Shown here: piece by piece, positions 1 to 10,768 of the stretch
How the letters are laid out: each line of letters begins with the position of its first letter
How positions within the stretch are numbered: position 1 is the first letter of the stretch
Assembly (NCBI RefSeq): GCF_001644705.1
Contig: NZ_CP015137.1
Coordinates: forward strand, 3,540,001 to 3,572,000
Source of the DNA: Dickeya solani IPO 2222
GTDB lineage: Bacteria; Pseudomonadota; Gammaproteobacteria; Enterobacterales; Enterobacteriaceae
DNA length: 32,000 bases
Direction: 5' to 3'
Position numbers and translations under genes: made by a program
Notes under the pieces: generated by a model
What the model saw: the letters and a program-made list of their open reading frames with translations, nothing else
Told to the model about the DNA's origin: nothing
The model's database searches: none

Positions 1-231
1 TCGCTGGTACCGCGCGACCAGCCTTCCGCCGTGATCAGCAGCGATGAACTGGCGCTGGCTCAGACGCTGGAAATGGTGCAGCGTCAGCGGGTTCGCGCCA
101 GCAACGGCAGTTGGGTTGTGGTGCAGGCGGAAACGGTTTGCCTGCACGGCGATAACGCGCATGCCTTGACCTTCGCCCGCCGGCTGCGCGAGAGTTTCAC
201 CCAGTATGGCATACAGGTTACGGCCCGATAA
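1..231 (+). CDS. pxpA: 5-oxoprolinase subunit A (PxpA/YbgL, LamB/YcsF family), 3' fragment; start lies upstream of the window
   Basis: Frame 1 is open from base 1 to TAA at 229-231. The tail ...[22 protein letters not shown] resembles LamB/YcsF C-termini as I recall them. It sits directly upstream of nei, as ybgL does in E. coli. Confidence 0.6.
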   Translation, partial: SLVPRDQPSAVISSDELALAQTLEMVQRQRVRASNGSWVVVQAETVCLHGDNAHALTFARRLRESFTQYGIQVTAR

Positions 232-242
232 CGGAGGCGAGC

Positions 243-1031
243 ATGCCCGAAGGCCCCGAGATTCGACGTGCTGCCGACCGGCTGGTTGCCGCGGTAGTGG
301 GAAAAACGCTGACTGGCGTGTGGTTTGCTTTTCCCGAACTCAAACCCTACGAAGCAACACTGATGGGGGAACAGGTCGAACGTATCGTCACCCGTGGCAA
401 GGCGCTGTTGACCTGGTTCTCGAATGGTTTGGTCATGTACAGCCATAATCAGCTGTACGGGGTCTGGCGAGTGGGGAAACAGCCGCCTGATACCCGTCGG
501 GAACTGCGGGTCAGGTTGGATACCGACGATAATGCCGTTTCGCTCTACAGTGCGTCTGATATCACCATGCTGACGCCCGGGCAGCTTGCGACCCACCCTT
601 TTTTACAGCGGATTGGACCGGACGTGCTGGATGAATCATTGACGGTTGACGAGGTGCGTGAACGGCTGCTGTCGGCGCGCTTTTGTCGCAGGCAACTCGG
701 AGCCCTGCTGCTGGATCAGGGATTTTTAGCCGGGCTTGGTAATTATCTACGGGTAGAAATTCTGTGGGCGTCAGCGCTGGCGCCAACGCGGCGGGCGGCG
801 GATCTCCGCGAGTCCGAACTGGCGATGTTAAGCCGGATGTTGCTGGAGATCCCCAAACTGTCGTACCAGACTCGCGGTTCGGAAAGCGATGAGAATCGCC
901 ATCATGGCGCGTTATTCCGTTTTCACGTGTTTCATCTGGATGGGAAACCCTGCGAGCGTTGTGGTCAGCCCATTGTGAAAAGTCTGGTGGCGTCCCGGCC
1001 GTTTTATGCCTGTCCCCATTGCCAGCAATAA
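243..1031 (+). CDS. nei: Endonuclease VIII (Fpg/Nei family DNA glycosylase/AP lyase)
   Basis: 262 aa. The N-terminus MPEGPEIRR is typical of Fpg/Nei, and the C-terminal zinc finger is CERCG...CPHCQ. GGAGG lies 5 nt upstream of the ATG. Synteny with gltA matches E. coli. Confidence 0.9.
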   Translation: MPEGPEIRRAADRLVAAVVGKTLTGVWFAFPELKPYEATLMGEQVERIVTRGKALLTWFSNGLVMYSHNQLYGVWRVGKQPPDTRRELRVRLDTDDNAVSLYSASDITMLTPGQLATHPFLQRIGPDVLDESLTVDEVRERLLSARFCRRQLGALLLDQGFLAGLGNYLRVEILWASALAPTRRAADLRESELAMLSRMLLEIPKLSYQTRGSESDENRHHGALFRFHVFHLDGKPCERCGQPIVKSLVASRPFYACPHCQQ

Positions 1032-1092
1032 TAGGCGAGCGGGGGAATCGGTGCGGCGAACGGTATGACATACAAATCAAAAGGTTGCAAAT

Positions 1093-1122
1093 AAAAAAGG
1101 TCGGGCTGTGCCCGACCTTTTT
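1093..1122. terminator. Bidirectional rho-independent terminator between convergent nei and gltA
   Basis: Stem ggtcgggc (1099-1106), loop tgt, stem gcccgacc (1110-1117). It is flanked by an A-run (1093-1098) and a T-run (1118-1122). Confidence 0.8.
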
Positions 1123-1152
1123 ACTGCTAACCGCCAGATAGGGCGATTGCGT

Positions 1153-2439
1153 TTAGCGTTTGGTGACGGATGGCTCGAAGTTGCGCTCATCGTGACCGGT
1201 ATACAACTGACGCGGACGGGCGATTTTCAGCCCTTCGCCGTGCATTTCGCTCCAGTGGGCGATCCAGCCGACCGTACGCGCCATCGCAAAGATCACCGTG
1301 AACATGGTAGACGGAATACCCATGGCTTTCAGGATGATGCCGGAGTAGAAGTCCACGTTGGGGTAGAGTTTACGCTCGATGAAGTACGGGTCGTTCAGCG
1401 CGATGTTTTCCAGTTCCATCGCCACTTCCAGCAGGTCGTCCTTGGTGCCCAGCTCTTTCAGCACTTCGTGACAGGTCTGGCGCATAACGGTGGCGCGCGG
1501 GTCGTAATTCTTGTACACGCGGTGACCAAAGCCCATCAGACGGAACGAGTCGTTCTTGTCTTTAGCGCGTTTGATGAAGGCCGGAATGTGCTCGACCGAG
1601 CTGATTTCTTCCAGCATACGCAGACAGGCTTCGTTGGCGCCGCCGTGTGCCGGCCCCCATAGCGAAGCGATGCCCGCGGCGATACACGCGAACGGGTTGG
1701 CGCCGGAAGAGCCGGCGGTACGCACGGTAGAGGTGGACGCGTTCTGCTCATGGTCGGCATGCAGAATCAGGATGCGGTCCATCGCGCGTTCCAGCACCGG
1801 ATTCACAACATATTCTTCGCACGGCGTGGCGAACATCATATGCAGGAAGTTGCCGGCGTAGGACAGGTCGTTACGCGGATACACGAACGGCTGGCCGATG
1901 GAGTATTTGTAGCACATGGCCGCCACGGTCGGCATTTTCGACAGCAGGCGATAGGCGGCGATTTCGCGGTGACGCTCGTTGCCGATGTCCAGTGAATCAT
2001 GGTAGAACGCCGCCAACGCGCCCGTCACGCCGCACAGCACCGCCATTGGGTGAGAGTCACGACGAAAGCCGTGGAACAGGCGAGTGATCTGCTCGTGGAT
2101 CATGGTATGGCGGGTAACCGTGGTCTTGAAAGTGTCGTACTGTTCCTGCGTCGGCGCTTCGCCAAACAGCAGGATGTAACAGACTTCCAGATAGTTGGAT
2201 TTTTCCGCCAGTTGCGCGATGGGATAGCCGCGGTGCAGCAGTACGCCCACATCGCCATCAATATAAGTGATTTTGGATTCACAGGACGCGGTCGAGGTAA
2301 AACCGGGGTCAAACGTGAAATAACCTTTAGAACCGAGGCTACGAATATCAATTTCGTCGTTGCCAAGCGTACCAGACAGGACATTCAGCTCAATAGACTC
2401 TTTACCGTCTATTGTAAGCGTTGCTTTCTTATCAGCCAT
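1153..2439 (-). CDS. gltA: Citrate synthase (type II)
   Basis: 428 aa, collinear and highly similar to E. coli GltA as recalled ([35 protein letters not shown]). AGGAG lies upstream of the ATG on the minus strand. Confidence 0.97.
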   Translation of the reverse strand: MADKKATLTIDGKESIELNVLSGTLGNDEIDIRSLGSKGYFTFDPGFTSTASCESKITYIDGDVGVLLHRGYPIAQLAEKSNYLEVCYILLFGEAPTQEQYDTFKTTVTRHTMIHEQITRLFHGFRRDSHPMAVLCGVTGALAAFYHDSLDIGNERHREIAAYRLLSKMPTVAAMCYKYSIGQPFVYPRNDLSYAGNFLHMMFATPCEEYVVNPVLERAMDRILILHADHEQNASTSTVRTAGSSGANPFACIAAGIASLWGPAHGGANEACLRMLEEISSVEHIPAFIKRAKDKNDSFRLMGFGHRVYKNYDPRATVMRQTCHEVLKELGTKDDLLEVAMELENIALNDPYFIERKLYPNVDFYSGIILKAMGIPSTMFTVIFAMARTVGWIAHWSEMHGEGLKIARPRQLYTGHDERNFEPSVTKR

Positions 2440-2771
2440 TTACAGTCTCCTTAGCGCTTTAATCTTTAATTTTAAAAATTCGTCACTGTAGAAATACCGT
2501 CATGCCCGCACGCTGGACAAAGTAAACAGACCAGACGTCACTCTGTGGTCTGCGAGGAGACCGGGGTACAGAGTTGACCATATGTCAGGCGGCCACAGTC
2601 AGGATGAACACATTGCTCTCCCAGCATGGGTATTAACCCTGTCCTGCTCTAATTGTAGCTAGTACTTATCACTTTTCCGGGGACTTTGTTTCCCACTGTT
2701 ACATAACTTTGGTGAATGGGAAAGAGCTACCGATGAGCTTTAACAGGGCAAAAGTTTTCTTGGGTCCTAGT

Positions 2772-2790
2772 TGTAATTTAAATGTTTAAT
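2772..2790. promoter_or_regulatory. Candidate ArcA box
   Basis: gtaatttaaatgttt (2773-2787) matches 12 of 15 positions of the ArcA consensus GTTAATTAAATGTTA as I recall it. sdh and gltA are ArcA-repressed in E. coli. Confidence 0.3.
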
Positions 2791-2833
2791 ATTTGTCAAA
2801 TCGGATAATTAATTTTATATAAATTGTGAAATT

Positions 2834-2849
2834 CGTGATCTTAATCACT
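2834..2849. promoter_or_regulatory. Candidate CRP site
   Basis: cGTGAtcttaaTCACt compared with the consensus TGTGA-N6-TCACA gives 4/5 plus 4/5 half-site matches with correct spacing. It lies about 240 bp upstream of the sdhC start. Confidence 0.3.
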
Positions 2850-3086
2850 GTTCAGGGCAAATGTGCCCAAACAGTTTGTAGGGTAATTGTAATGAGAATG
2901 TGAAGTGCCTATACTGCCGCCAGGTCTCCGGAATACCCTGCAGTAGGAGCACCCAGTGTGATCGGTTTGTGCGAATGAAGAAAAGGATCATGATTCAGTC
3001 GCGCATCGACAGAGACAAACATCATCTCACCGTCCACACTGTCTGACCCCACAACAGGTCCGGAGGAAGAAAATAATAAAAGCTGT

Positions 3087-3476
3087 GTGGGCAAACCCGT
3101 GAAAAAACAAAGACCTGTCAATCTGGATCTGCAGACGATCCAGTTCCCCGTTACCGCGATAGCATCTATTCTTCACCGTGTCTCCGGCGTTATTACGTTT
3201 GTTGCTGTGGGTATTCTGTTGTGGTTGCTTGGTCTCTCCCTCTCTTCGCAGGAAGGGTTTGTCCAGGCGGCGGCCATCATGGACAGCTTCATCGTGAAAT
3301 TCATTGTCTGGGGCATTCTGACCGCGCTGGCCTATCATATTGTAGGTGGTCTGCGCCATCTGCTGATGGATTTTGGCTACATCGAAGAAAATCTCGCGGC
3401 GGGAACACGTTCTGCAAAACTCTCTTTCATTATTACTGTCGTGCTTTCATTTTTGGCTGGAGTCCTCGTATGGTAA
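3087..3476 (+). CDS. sdhC: Succinate dehydrogenase cytochrome b556 large membrane subunit
   Basis: GTG start. 129 aa, the same length as E. coli SdhC and highly similar to it ([43 protein letters not shown]). Confidence 0.93.
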   Translation: MGKPVKKQRPVNLDLQTIQFPVTAIASILHRVSGVITFVAVGILLWLLGLSLSSQEGFVQAAAIMDSFIVKFIVWGILTALAYHIVGGLRHLLMDFGYIEENLAAGTRSAKLSFIITVVLSFLAGVLVW

Positions 3477-3817
3477 GCAATGCCTCCGCATTGGGGCGTA
3501 ATGGCGTGCACGATTGGTTATTACTTCGCGCTTCCGCCATCGTCATCGTGCTGTATGTCCTGTATATCGTTGGCTTTGTGGCCAGCGCCGGTAACATCAC
3601 GTATGAAATCTGGCGTGGTTTCTTCGCCATGCATCTCACCAAGGTATTCACTCTGCTGGCGTTGTTCGCCATTCTGGTCCATGCCTGGATCGGGATGTGG
3701 CAGGTGCTGACTGATTACATCAAACCGCTGGCTGTCCGGCTGACTTTGCAGTTGGCTATCGTGGTCGCGTTGTTGGTGTACGTCATTTATGGAACTGTTG
3801 TGGTGTGGGGTGCGTAA
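3470..3817 (+). CDS. sdhD: Succinate dehydrogenase hydrophobic membrane anchor subunit
   Basis: The internal ATG at 3470 within the 3221-3817 ORF gives 115 aa, [15 protein letters not shown]..., matching E. coli SdhD in length and sequence. It overlaps the end of sdhC by 7 nt. Confidence 0.93.
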   Translation: MVSNASALGRNGVHDWLLLRASAIVIVLYVLYIVGFVASAGNITYEIWRGFFAMHLTKVFTLLALFAILVHAWIGMWQVLTDYIKPLAVRLTLQLAIVVALLVYVIYGTVVVWGA

Positions 3818-5583
3818 TGAATTTGCCAGTTAGAGAGTTTGATGCCGTTGTCGTCGGCGCGGGTGGTGCGGGTATGCGCGCCGCGCTGCAGATTTCCCAG
3901 ATGGGCCTGTCCTGCGCCCTGTTATCGAAAGTGTTCCCGACTCGCTCCCACACCGTGTCCGCTCAGGGCGGAATTACCGTGGCGCTGGGCAACACCCACG
4001 AGGATAACTGGGAATGGCACATGTATGACACCGTGAAAGGTTCCGACTATATCGGTGACCAGGACGCGATTGAATATATGTGCAAAACCGGTCCGGAAGC
4101 GATTCTGGAACTGGAGCACATGGGACTGCCGTTCTCCCGTCTGGATGATGGCCGCATTTATCAGCGCCCGTTCGGTGGTCAGTCCAGGAATTTCGGCGGC
4201 GAGCAAGCTGCCCGCACCGCGGCGGCGGCGGACCGTACCGGTCACGCGTTGCTGCACACGCTGTATCAACAGAATCTGAAAAACCATACCACCATCTTTT
4301 CCGAATGGTATGCGCTGGATCTGGTGAAAAACCAGGATGGCGCGGTGGTGGGATGTACCGCCATCTGCATCGAAACCGGTGAAGTCGTTTATTTCAAAGC
4401 CCGTGCCACCGTATTGGCGACCGGCGGCGCAGGTCGTATCTATCAGTCCACCACCAATGCCCACATCAACACCGGCGACGGTGTCGGCATGGCGCTGCGT
4501 GCCGGCGTGCCGGTGCAGGACATGGAAATGTGGCAGTTCCACCCGACGGGGATCGCCGGCGCCGGTGTGCTGGTGACTGAAGGGTGCCGCGGTGAAGGCG
4601 GTTACCTGCTGAACAAGCACGGTGAGCGCTTCATGGAGCGCTATGCGCCGAACGCTAAAGATCTGGCGGGACGCGACGTAGTGGCACGTTCCATCATGAT
4701 CGAAATTCGCGAAGGCCGGGGCTGCGATGGCCCGTGGGGGCCGCACGCCAAACTGAAGCTGGACCATCTGGGCAAGGATGTTCTCGAATCCCGTTTGCCG
4801 GGCATCCTGGAACTGTCCCGCACCTTTGCGCACGTAGATCCGGTGAAAGAGCCGATTCCGGTTATCCCGACCTGCCACTACATGATGGGCGGTATTCCAA
4901 CCAAGGTAACCGGCCAGGCGTTGACCGTGAACGCGAAAGGCGAAGACGTGGTGATTCCGGGTCTGTTCGCCGTGGGCGAAATCGCCTGTGTCTCCGTACA
5001 CGGCGCCAACCGTCTGGGCGGGAACTCGCTGCTTGACCTGGTGGTGTTTGGGCGTTCCGCCGGTATGCACCTGCAGGAATCTCTGGCCGAGCAGGGTGAT
5101 ACTCGCGATGCCAGCGATTCCGATGTCGACGCCTCGCTGGATCGCCTTAACCGCTGGAACAATACCCGTTCCGGTGAAGATCCGGTAGAGATCCGCAAAG
5201 CACTGCAAGCTTGCATGCAGAATAACTTCTCGGTATTCCGCGAAGGCGACGCGATGGCGAAAGGGCTGGAAGAGCTGAAAGTGATTCGCGAGCGTCTCAA
5301 CAATGCCCGTCTGGACGATACTTCCAGTGAGTTCAACACCCAGCGCATCGAATGCCTGGAACTGGACAACCTGATGGAAACCGCCTACGCCACTGCGGTA
5401 TCGGCAAATTTCCGTACCGAAAGCCGTGGTGCCCATAGCCGCTTCGACTATCCTGATCGTGATGACGAGAATTGGTTGTGTCATTCGCTGTATCAACCGC
5501 AAACCGAAAGCATGACGCGCCGTGAGGTGAACATGCAGCCTAAACTGCGCCCGGCGTTCCCGCCGAAAGTGCGTACCTATTAA
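3817..5583 (+). CDS. sdhA: Succinate dehydrogenase flavoprotein subunit
   Basis: The ATG at 3817 shares one base with the sdhD TAA (TAATG). It gives 588 aa, [24 protein letters not shown]..., with a Rossmann FAD motif and the same length as E. coli SdhA. The track start at 3805 (GTG) adds 4 residues that are not conserved. Confidence 0.96.
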   Translation: MNLPVREFDAVVVGAGGAGMRAALQISQMGLSCALLSKVFPTRSHTVSAQGGITVALGNTHEDNWEWHMYDTVKGSDYIGDQDAIEYMCKTGPEAILELEHMGLPFSRLDDGRIYQRPFGGQSRNFGGEQAARTAAAADRTGHALLHTLYQQNLKNHTTIFSEWYALDLVKNQDGAVVGCTAICIETGEVVYFKARATVLATGGAGRIYQSTTNAHINTGDGVGMALRAGVPVQDMEMWQFHPTGIAGAGVLVTEGCRGEGGYLLNKHGERFMERYAPNAKDLAGRDVVARSIMIEIREGRGCDGPWGPHAKLKLDHLGKDVLESRLPGILELSRTFAHVDPVKEPIPVIPTCHYMMGGIPTKVTGQALTVNAKGEDVVIPGLFAVGEIACVSVHGANRLGGNSLLDLVVFGRSAGMHLQESLAEQGDTRDASDSDVDASLDRLNRWNNTRSGEDPVEIRKALQACMQNNFSVFREGDAMAKGLEELKVIRERLNNARLDDTSSEFNTQRIECLELDNLMETAYATAVSANFRTESRGAHSRFDYPDRDDENWLCHSLYQPQTESMTRREVNMQPKLRPAFPPKVRTY

Positions 5584-5601
5584 TTGCGCGGAGAGAAAGC
5601 G

Positions 5602-6318
5602 ATGAAAGTTGAATTTTCCATTTATCGTTATAACCCGGATGTCGATAGCGCGCCGCGCATGCAGGACTATACGCTGGAAGCGGAAGAAGGCCGCGACATG
5701 ATGCTGCTGGATGCGCTGATCCTTTTGAAAGAACAGGATCCGACGCTGGCGTTTCGCCGCTCCTGTCGCGAAGGGGTGTGCGGTTCTGACGGTCTGAACA
5801 TGAATGGCAAGAATGGGCTGGCGTGCATTACTCCAGTGTCCACCCTGCGTAACGGCAATAGCAAAATTGTGATCCGCCCCCTGCCGGGGCTGCCGGTTGT
5901 GCGTGATTTGGTGGTGGACATGGGACAGTTCTATGCCCAATATGAGAAAATCAAACCTTACCTGTTGAATAATGGGAAAAATCCGCCAGCGCGCGAACAT
6001 TTGCAGTCGACGGAACAGCGGGAAAAACTGGATGGGCTGTACGAGTGCATCATGTGTGCTTGCTGCTCCACGTCCTGCCCGTCTTTCTGGTGGAACCCGG
6101 ATAAGTTTATCGGGCCTGCCGGTCTGCTGGCCGCGTACCGTTTCCTGATCGATAGCCGCGATACGGAAACCAAGGAGCGCCTGGACGACCTGGACGACGC
6201 TTTCAGCGTATTCCGCTGTCACAGCATCATGAATTGCGTCAGCGTTTGCCCGAAAGGATTGAACCCAACGCGCGCCATCGGCCATATCAAGTCGATGCTG
6301 TTGCAGCGTAGCGCCTGA
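5602..6318 (+). CDS. sdhB: Succinate dehydrogenase iron-sulfur subunit
   Basis: The ATG at 5602, preceded by gagagaaag, gives 238 aa, MKVEFSIYRYNPDVD..., matching E. coli SdhB length. Cys clusters CREGVCGSDG, CIMCACCSTSCP and CHSIMNCVSVCP are present. Confidence 0.96.
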   Translation: MKVEFSIYRYNPDVDSAPRMQDYTLEAEEGRDMMLLDALILLKEQDPTLAFRRSCREGVCGSDGLNMNGKNGLACITPVSTLRNGNSKIVIRPLPGLPVVRDLVVDMGQFYAQYEKIKPYLLNNGKNPPAREHLQSTEQREKLDGLYECIMCACCSTSCPSFWWNPDKFIGPAGLLAAYRFLIDSRDTETKERLDDLDDAFSVFRCHSIMNCVSVCPKGLNPTRAIGHIKSMLLQRSA

Positions 6319-6341
6319 GTTTCAGAAGCATGTAACAAACC

Positions 6342-6426
6342 GGTTCCCCCTGCGGCAACGCGGGGGGGAACCACAGGAAACCTTTAAAAACCGGCTTACG
6401 CGCCCGAACCGTTTTTTAAAGGTTCC
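6342..6426 (+). other. Two consecutive stem-loops in the sdhB-sucA spacer (possible partial terminator or RNA processing element)
   Basis: Hairpin 1 pairs ggttccccc (6342-6350) with gggggaacc (6364-6372). Hairpin 2 is an imperfect pairing of ggaaacctttaaaaaccgg (6376-6394) with ccgttttttaaaggttcc (6409-6426). Confidence 0.5.
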
Positions 6427-6563
6427 TTCAGGATAGGAATATCCGCATTGTGCGTAATCAGGCACAGCAAGTGAACCGTTTTTACGGCAACCCGTTTTAT
6501 AACGGCAACATAAGACATGTTAACCACGGCGAAAACTGAAGCTTATTAGCTTAAGGGATCACA

Positions 6564-9371
6564 ATGCAGAACGGCGCAATGAAGGCCTGGCTGGATTCCT
6601 CCTATCTGGCGGGCGCGAACCAGTCCTACATAGAGCAGCTCTATGAAGATTTTTTAACTGACCCGGATTCTATCGATCACAGTTGGCGTTCGATTTTTCA
6701 ACAACTTCCTACCACTGGGGTTAAACCGGATCAACTTCACTCCAAAACGCGCGACTATTTCCGCCGCCTGGCGAAAGACGCGTCGCGTTACACTTCTTCT
6801 ATTACCGATCCTGACAGCGATGCCAAGCAGGTCAAAGTATTGCAGCTGATTAACGCTTTTCGTTTCCGTGGTCATCAGCATGCCAGTCTTGATCCGCTGG
6901 GTTTGTGGAAACAGGAACACGTACCGGATCTGGATCTGACCTATCACAACCTGACTGATGACGATCTGAAAGAGAGTTTTAATGTTGGCTCGTTCGCCAT
7001 CGGCAAGGAAACCATGCCGCTTGGTGAGTTGTACACGGCGCTCAGGCAGACTTATTGCGGCTCGATTGGTTCGGAATACATGCACATCACCAATACCGAA
7101 GAAAAACGCTGGATTCAGCAGCGGATTGAGTCGGTGGTGGGGCAGCCGAGTTTTACCGTCGCAGAAAGAAAACGTTTCCTGAAAGAGTTGACCGCTGCCG
7201 AAGGGCTGGAGCGCTATCTTGGCGCCAAGTTCCCCGGCGCCAAGCGCTTCTCGCTGGAAGGGGGCGATGCGCTGATCCCGATGCTGAAGGAAATCATCCG
7301 TCACGCAGGTAAAAACGGTACGCGCGAAGTGGTGATGGGGATGGCTCACCGTGGTCGTCTCAATGTGCTGGTGAACGTGATGGGGAAAAAAACCCAGGAT
7401 CTGTTCGACGAGTTTTCCGGCAAGCATAAAGATCACCTCGGCACCGGCGACGTGAAATACCATCAGGGTTTTTCGTCCGATATGGAAACCGAAGGTGGCA
7501 AGGTCCATCTGGCGCTGGCGTTCAACCCGTCGCACCTGGAAATCGTTAGCCCGGTGGTGATTGGATCGGTACGCGCGCGTATCGATCGCCTGGATAATCC
7601 CAACAGTTCACTGGTGTTGCCGATCACTATTCACGGCGATGCGGCGATTGCCGGTCAGGGCGTGGTGCAGGAAACCCTGAACATGTCCAAGGCCCGCGGC
7701 TATGAAGTGGGCGGTACTATCCGCATCGTCATCAATAACCAGATCGGTTTTACCACCTCCAATCCGCACGATGCCCGTTCCACCGAATACTGTACCGACA
7801 TCGGTAAGATGGTGCAGGCGCCGATTTTCCACGTCAACGCCGACGACCCGGAAGCGGTGGCGTTCGTTACCCGTCTGGCGCTGGATTTCCGCAATACTTT
7901 CCAGCGCGATGTGTTCATTGATCTGGTGTGCTACCGCCGTCACGGCCATAACGAAGCCGATGAGCCGAGCGCTACCCAGCCGGTGATGTACCAGAAGATC
8001 AAGAAGCACCCGACGCCGCGTAAAATTTACGCCGACCGTCTGGAGCAGCAGCAGATGGCGACGCTGGAAGACGCCACCGAGCTGGTCAATCTTTACCGCG
8101 ACGCGCTGGATGCCGGCGAATGCGTGGTAGACGAGTGGCGCCCGATGGATATGCACTCCTTCACCTGGATGTCTTATCTCAACCATGAGTGGGATGAACC
8201 TTATCCGCACAAGGTTGAAACCAAACGTCTGCAGGAACTGGCGCATCGGATCAGCGAAGTGCCTGAAGCGCTGGAAATGCAACCGCGTGTCGCCAAAGTT
8301 TATAGCGACCGCGCTGAAATGGCGGCGGGTGAAAAACGGTTCGACTGGGGTGGGGCGGAAACCTTGGCTTACGCCACGCTGGTAGACGAGGGTATTCCGG
8401 TGCGTCTGTCCGGTGAGGATGCCGGGCGCGGCACCTTCTTCCACCGTCATGCGGTGGTGCACAACCAGAAAGGCGGCTCCACTTACACGCCGCTGGCGTA
8501 TGTGCATAACGCGCAAGGTGTGTTCAATGTCTGGGATTCGGTGCTGTCTGAAGAAGCGGTACTGGCGTTCGAATACGGTTATGCCACTGCCGAACCGCGC
8601 ACACTGACTATCTGGGAAGCCCAGTTCGGCGATTTCGCCAACGGCGCACAGGTGGTGATTGACCAGTTCATCAGTTCCGGCGAGCAGAAGTGGGGCCGTA
8701 TGTGCGGTCTGGTGATGTTGCTGCCGCACGGCTACGAAGGTCAGGGGCCGGAGCACTCCTCCGCGCGTCTGGAGCGTTATCTGCAGTTGTGCGCCGAGCA
8801 GAACATGCAGGTCTGCATTCCGTCCACGCCGGCGCAGGTGTACCACATGTTGCGTCGCCAGGCGCTGCGTGGCATGCGCCGCCCGCTGGTGGTGATGTCG
8901 CCGAAATCGCTGCTGCGCCATCCACTGGCCACCTCCTCGCTGGATGAACTGGCGAACGGTCAGTTCCAGCCGGCGATTGGGGAAATTGACGAGCTGGATC
9001 CGAAAGCAGTGAAGCGCGTCGTGCTGTGCTCCGGCAAGGTTTACTATGATTTACTGGAACAACGTCGCAAGAACGAACAGAAAGATGTGGCGATAGTGCG
9101 TATCGAACAGCTGTATCCGTTCCCGCATCAGGCCGTCCAGGCCGCGCTGGAGCCGTTCGCTCACGTACATGATTTTGTCTGGTGCCAGGAAGAGCCGCTG
9201 AACCAGGGGGCGTGGTACTGCAGCCAGCACCACCTTCGTGAGGTCATTCCTTTTGGTGCCTCGTTGCGGTATGCCGGTCGTCCGGCCTCTGCTTCACCCG
9301 CCGTCGGCTATATGTCCGTACACCAGAAACAACAACAAGCTCTGGTTGATGACGCGCTGAACGTTAATTAA
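6564..9371 (+). CDS. sucA: 2-oxoglutarate dehydrogenase E1 component
   Basis: 935 aa, collinear with E. coli SucA (933 aa) from MQN.A.KAWLDSSYL to SVHQKQQQ.LV.DALNV. AAGGGA lies upstream of the ATG. Confidence 0.97.
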   Translation: MQNGAMKAWLDSSYLAGANQSYIEQLYEDFLTDPDSIDHSWRSIFQQLPTTGVKPDQLHSKTRDYFRRLAKDASRYTSSITDPDSDAKQVKVLQLINAFRFRGHQHASLDPLGLWKQEHVPDLDLTYHNLTDDDLKESFNVGSFAIGKETMPLGELYTALRQTYCGSIGSEYMHITNTEEKRWIQQRIESVVGQPSFTVAERKRFLKELTAAEGLERYLGAKFPGAKRFSLEGGDALIPMLKEIIRHAGKNGTREVVMGMAHRGRLNVLVNVMGKKTQDLFDEFSGKHKDHLGTGDVKYHQGFSSDMETEGGKVHLALAFNPSHLEIVSPVVIGSVRARIDRLDNPNSSLVLPITIHGDAAIAGQGVVQETLNMSKARGYEVGGTIRIVINNQIGFTTSNPHDARSTEYCTDIGKMVQAPIFHVNADDPEAVAFVTRLALDFRNTFQRDVFIDLVCYRRHGHNEADEPSATQPVMYQKIKKHPTPRKIYADRLEQQQMATLEDATELVNLYRDALDAGECVVDEWRPMDMHSFTWMSYLNHEWDEPYPHKVETKRLQELAHRISEVPEALEMQPRVAKVYSDRAEMAAGEKRFDWGGAETLAYATLVDEGIPVRLSGEDAGRGTFFHRHAVVHNQKGGSTYTPLAYVHNAQGVFNVWDSVLSEEAVLAFEYGYATAEPRTLTIWEAQFGDFANGAQVVIDQFISSGEQKWGRMCGLVMLLPHGYEGQGPEHSSARLERYLQLCAEQNMQVCIPSTPAQVYHMLRRQALRGMRRPLVVMSPKSLLRHPLATSSLDELANGQFQPAIGEIDELDPKAVKRVVLCSGKVYYDLLEQRRKNEQKDVAIVRIEQLYPFPHQAVQAALEPFAHVHDFVWCQEEPLNQGAWYCSQHHLREVIPFGASLRYAGRPASASPAVGYMSVHQKQQQALVDDALNVN

Positions 9372-9388
9372 ATGAATAAGGATAGATA

Positions 9389-10630
9389 ATGAGTAGCGTA
9401 GATATTCTTGTCCCTGACCTGCCTGAATCGGTAGCCGATGCGACTGTGGCCATCTGGCACAAGAAACCGGGCGACAGCGTCCAGCGTGATGAAGTGCTGG
9501 TTGAGATTGAGACCGACAAAGTTGTGCTGGAGGTTCCTGCGCTGGAAGCCGGCGTGCTGGAGGTGGTGCTGGAATCGGAAGGCGCCACCGTGACGTCCCG
9601 TCAGGTAATGGGGCGTTTGCGTCCCGGCGACAACTCCGGCAAGGAAACCAGCGAAAAAGCGCAGAGCAAAGAGTCGACGCCCGCACAGCGTCATACTGCC
9701 GGACTGGAAGATGAGAATAACGATGCCCTGAGCCCGGCTATCCGTCGTCTGATTGCCGAGCACGATCTGGACGTGGCTGCCATAAAGGGCAGCGGCGTTG
9801 GCGGTCGTATCACTCGTGAAGACGTGGAAAAACACCTGGCTGGTCAAAAATCGGCTGGCAAAAAGGCGGATGCACCTGCTGCAGCGTCAGCTTCGTCTGC
9901 TCCAGTTTCGCCTGCTCCGGCGTTGGGCGGTCGCAGCGAGAAACGCGTTCCCATGACCCGTCTGCGCAAGCGCGTGGCTGAGCGACTGCTGGAAGCCAAA
10001 AACAGCACCGCCATGTTGACTACGTTCAACGAAATCAACATGAAACCGATCATGGATCTGCGTAAGCAGTATGGCGAGGCGTTCGAGAAACGTCACGGCA
10101 TTCGCCTGGGCTTCATGTCCTTTTATATCAAGGCCGTAGTGGAGGCGCTGAAACGCTATCCAGAAGTGAATGCGTCCATTGATGGCGAAGATGTGGTCTA
10201 CCACAATTACTTTGACGTCAGCATCGCGGTGTCGACCCCGCGTGGTCTGGTGACGCCGGTGCTGAAAGATGTCGATCTGCTGGGTATGGCCGATATCGAG
10301 AAGAAAATCAAAGAACTGGCAGTGAAAGGTCGTGACGGCAAACTGACCGTCGAAGAGCTGACAGGCGGCAACTTCACCATCACCAACGGTGGCGTGTTCG
10401 GTTCCCTGATGTCGACCCCGATCATCAACCCGCCGCAGAGCGCGATTTTGGGGATGCATGCCATCAAGGATCGCCCGATGGCGGTGGATGGTCAGGTTGT
10501 GATTCTGCCGATGATGTATCTGGCGTTGTCCTACGATCACCGTCTGGTCGACGGCCGTGAATCGGTCGGTTTCCTGGTTACCGTTAAAGAGATGCTGGAA
10601 GACCCGGCCCGCTTGCTGCTGGATGTCTAA
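9389..10630 (+). CDS. sucB: Dihydrolipoyllysine-residue succinyltransferase (2-oxoglutarate dehydrogenase E2)
   Basis: 413 aa. It has an N-terminal lipoyl domain ([14 protein letters not shown]), an Ala/Pro-rich linker, and a C-terminal catalytic domain with the DHRLVDG motif. Confidence 0.96.
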   Translation: MSSVDILVPDLPESVADATVAIWHKKPGDSVQRDEVLVEIETDKVVLEVPALEAGVLEVVLESEGATVTSRQVMGRLRPGDNSGKETSEKAQSKESTPAQRHTAGLEDENNDALSPAIRRLIAEHDLDVAAIKGSGVGGRITREDVEKHLAGQKSAGKKADAPAAASASSAPVSPAPALGGRSEKRVPMTRLRKRVAERLLEAKNSTAMLTTFNEINMKPIMDLRKQYGEAFEKRHGIRLGFMSFYIKAVVEALKRYPEVNASIDGEDVVYHNYFDVSIAVSTPRGLVTPVLKDVDLLGMADIEKKIKELAVKGRDGKLTVEELTGGNFTITNGGVFGSLMSTPIINPPQSAILGMHAIKDRPMAVDGQVVILPMMYLALSYDHRLVDGRESVGFLVTVKEMLEDPARLLLDV

Positions 10631-10642
10631 CGCGTTGCAGTG

Positions 10643-10711
10643 AAAGGCGGCCGGCCTGCGCCCTGCCGCCTTTATTATGTGCTATGCAGGCCGTTGCGAA
10701 TGCGCGACGGC
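10643..10711 (+). other. Two stem-loops in the sucB-sucC spacer
   Basis: The first pairs aaaggcggc (10643-10651) with gccgccttt (10665-10673). The second is a 9-bp stem at 10690-10711 (gccgttgcg, loop aatg, gcgcgacggc, one G-T pair). Neither is followed by a clear T-run. Confidence 0.4.
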
Positions 10712-10768
10712 GTTATCCACGACAGAGAGTCTCTGGACTCATCTTCAAACTTAAATGGATAGAACATC

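Larger units (their letters stand above)
2440..3086. promoter_or_regulatory. Divergent gltA / sdhC control region (647 bp, AT-rich core)
   Basis: Long non-coding spacer between divergently oriented gltA and sdhC, as in E. coli. It contains an ArcA-like element (2772-2790), a CRP-like element (2834-2849) and small hairpins at 2527-2552 and 2855-2868. Confidence 0.6.

Noticed and set aside
2975-3046. A 23-codon ATG ORF (MKKRIMIQSRIDRDKHHLTVHTV) in the sdhC leader
   Set aside because: There is no Shine-Dalgarno upstream and I know of no conservation. It is probably a chance ORF in the 5' UTR or promoter region, and only ribosome profiling could revive it.
2909-3359. Minus-strand ORFs of 70 aa and 110 aa overlapping the sdhC start region
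   Set aside because: They are antisense to sdhC and its leader, with no RBS or motif.
3922-6285. A 787-aa ORF on the minus strand spanning sdhA and sdhB
   Set aside because: It lies entirely antisense to two genes whose + strand products match SdhA and SdhB almost residue for residue. The translation is Arg/His/Gln/Gly-rich with no recognisable domain and no SD. A long stop-free antisense frame is expected opposite GC3-rich, codon-biased genes.
6654-8921. Minus-strand ORFs of 293 aa (6654-7535) and 437 aa (7608-8921) inside sucA
   Set aside because: Both are antisense shadows of sucA with the same low-complexity R/H/Q-rich composition. The sense-strand product is unambiguous.
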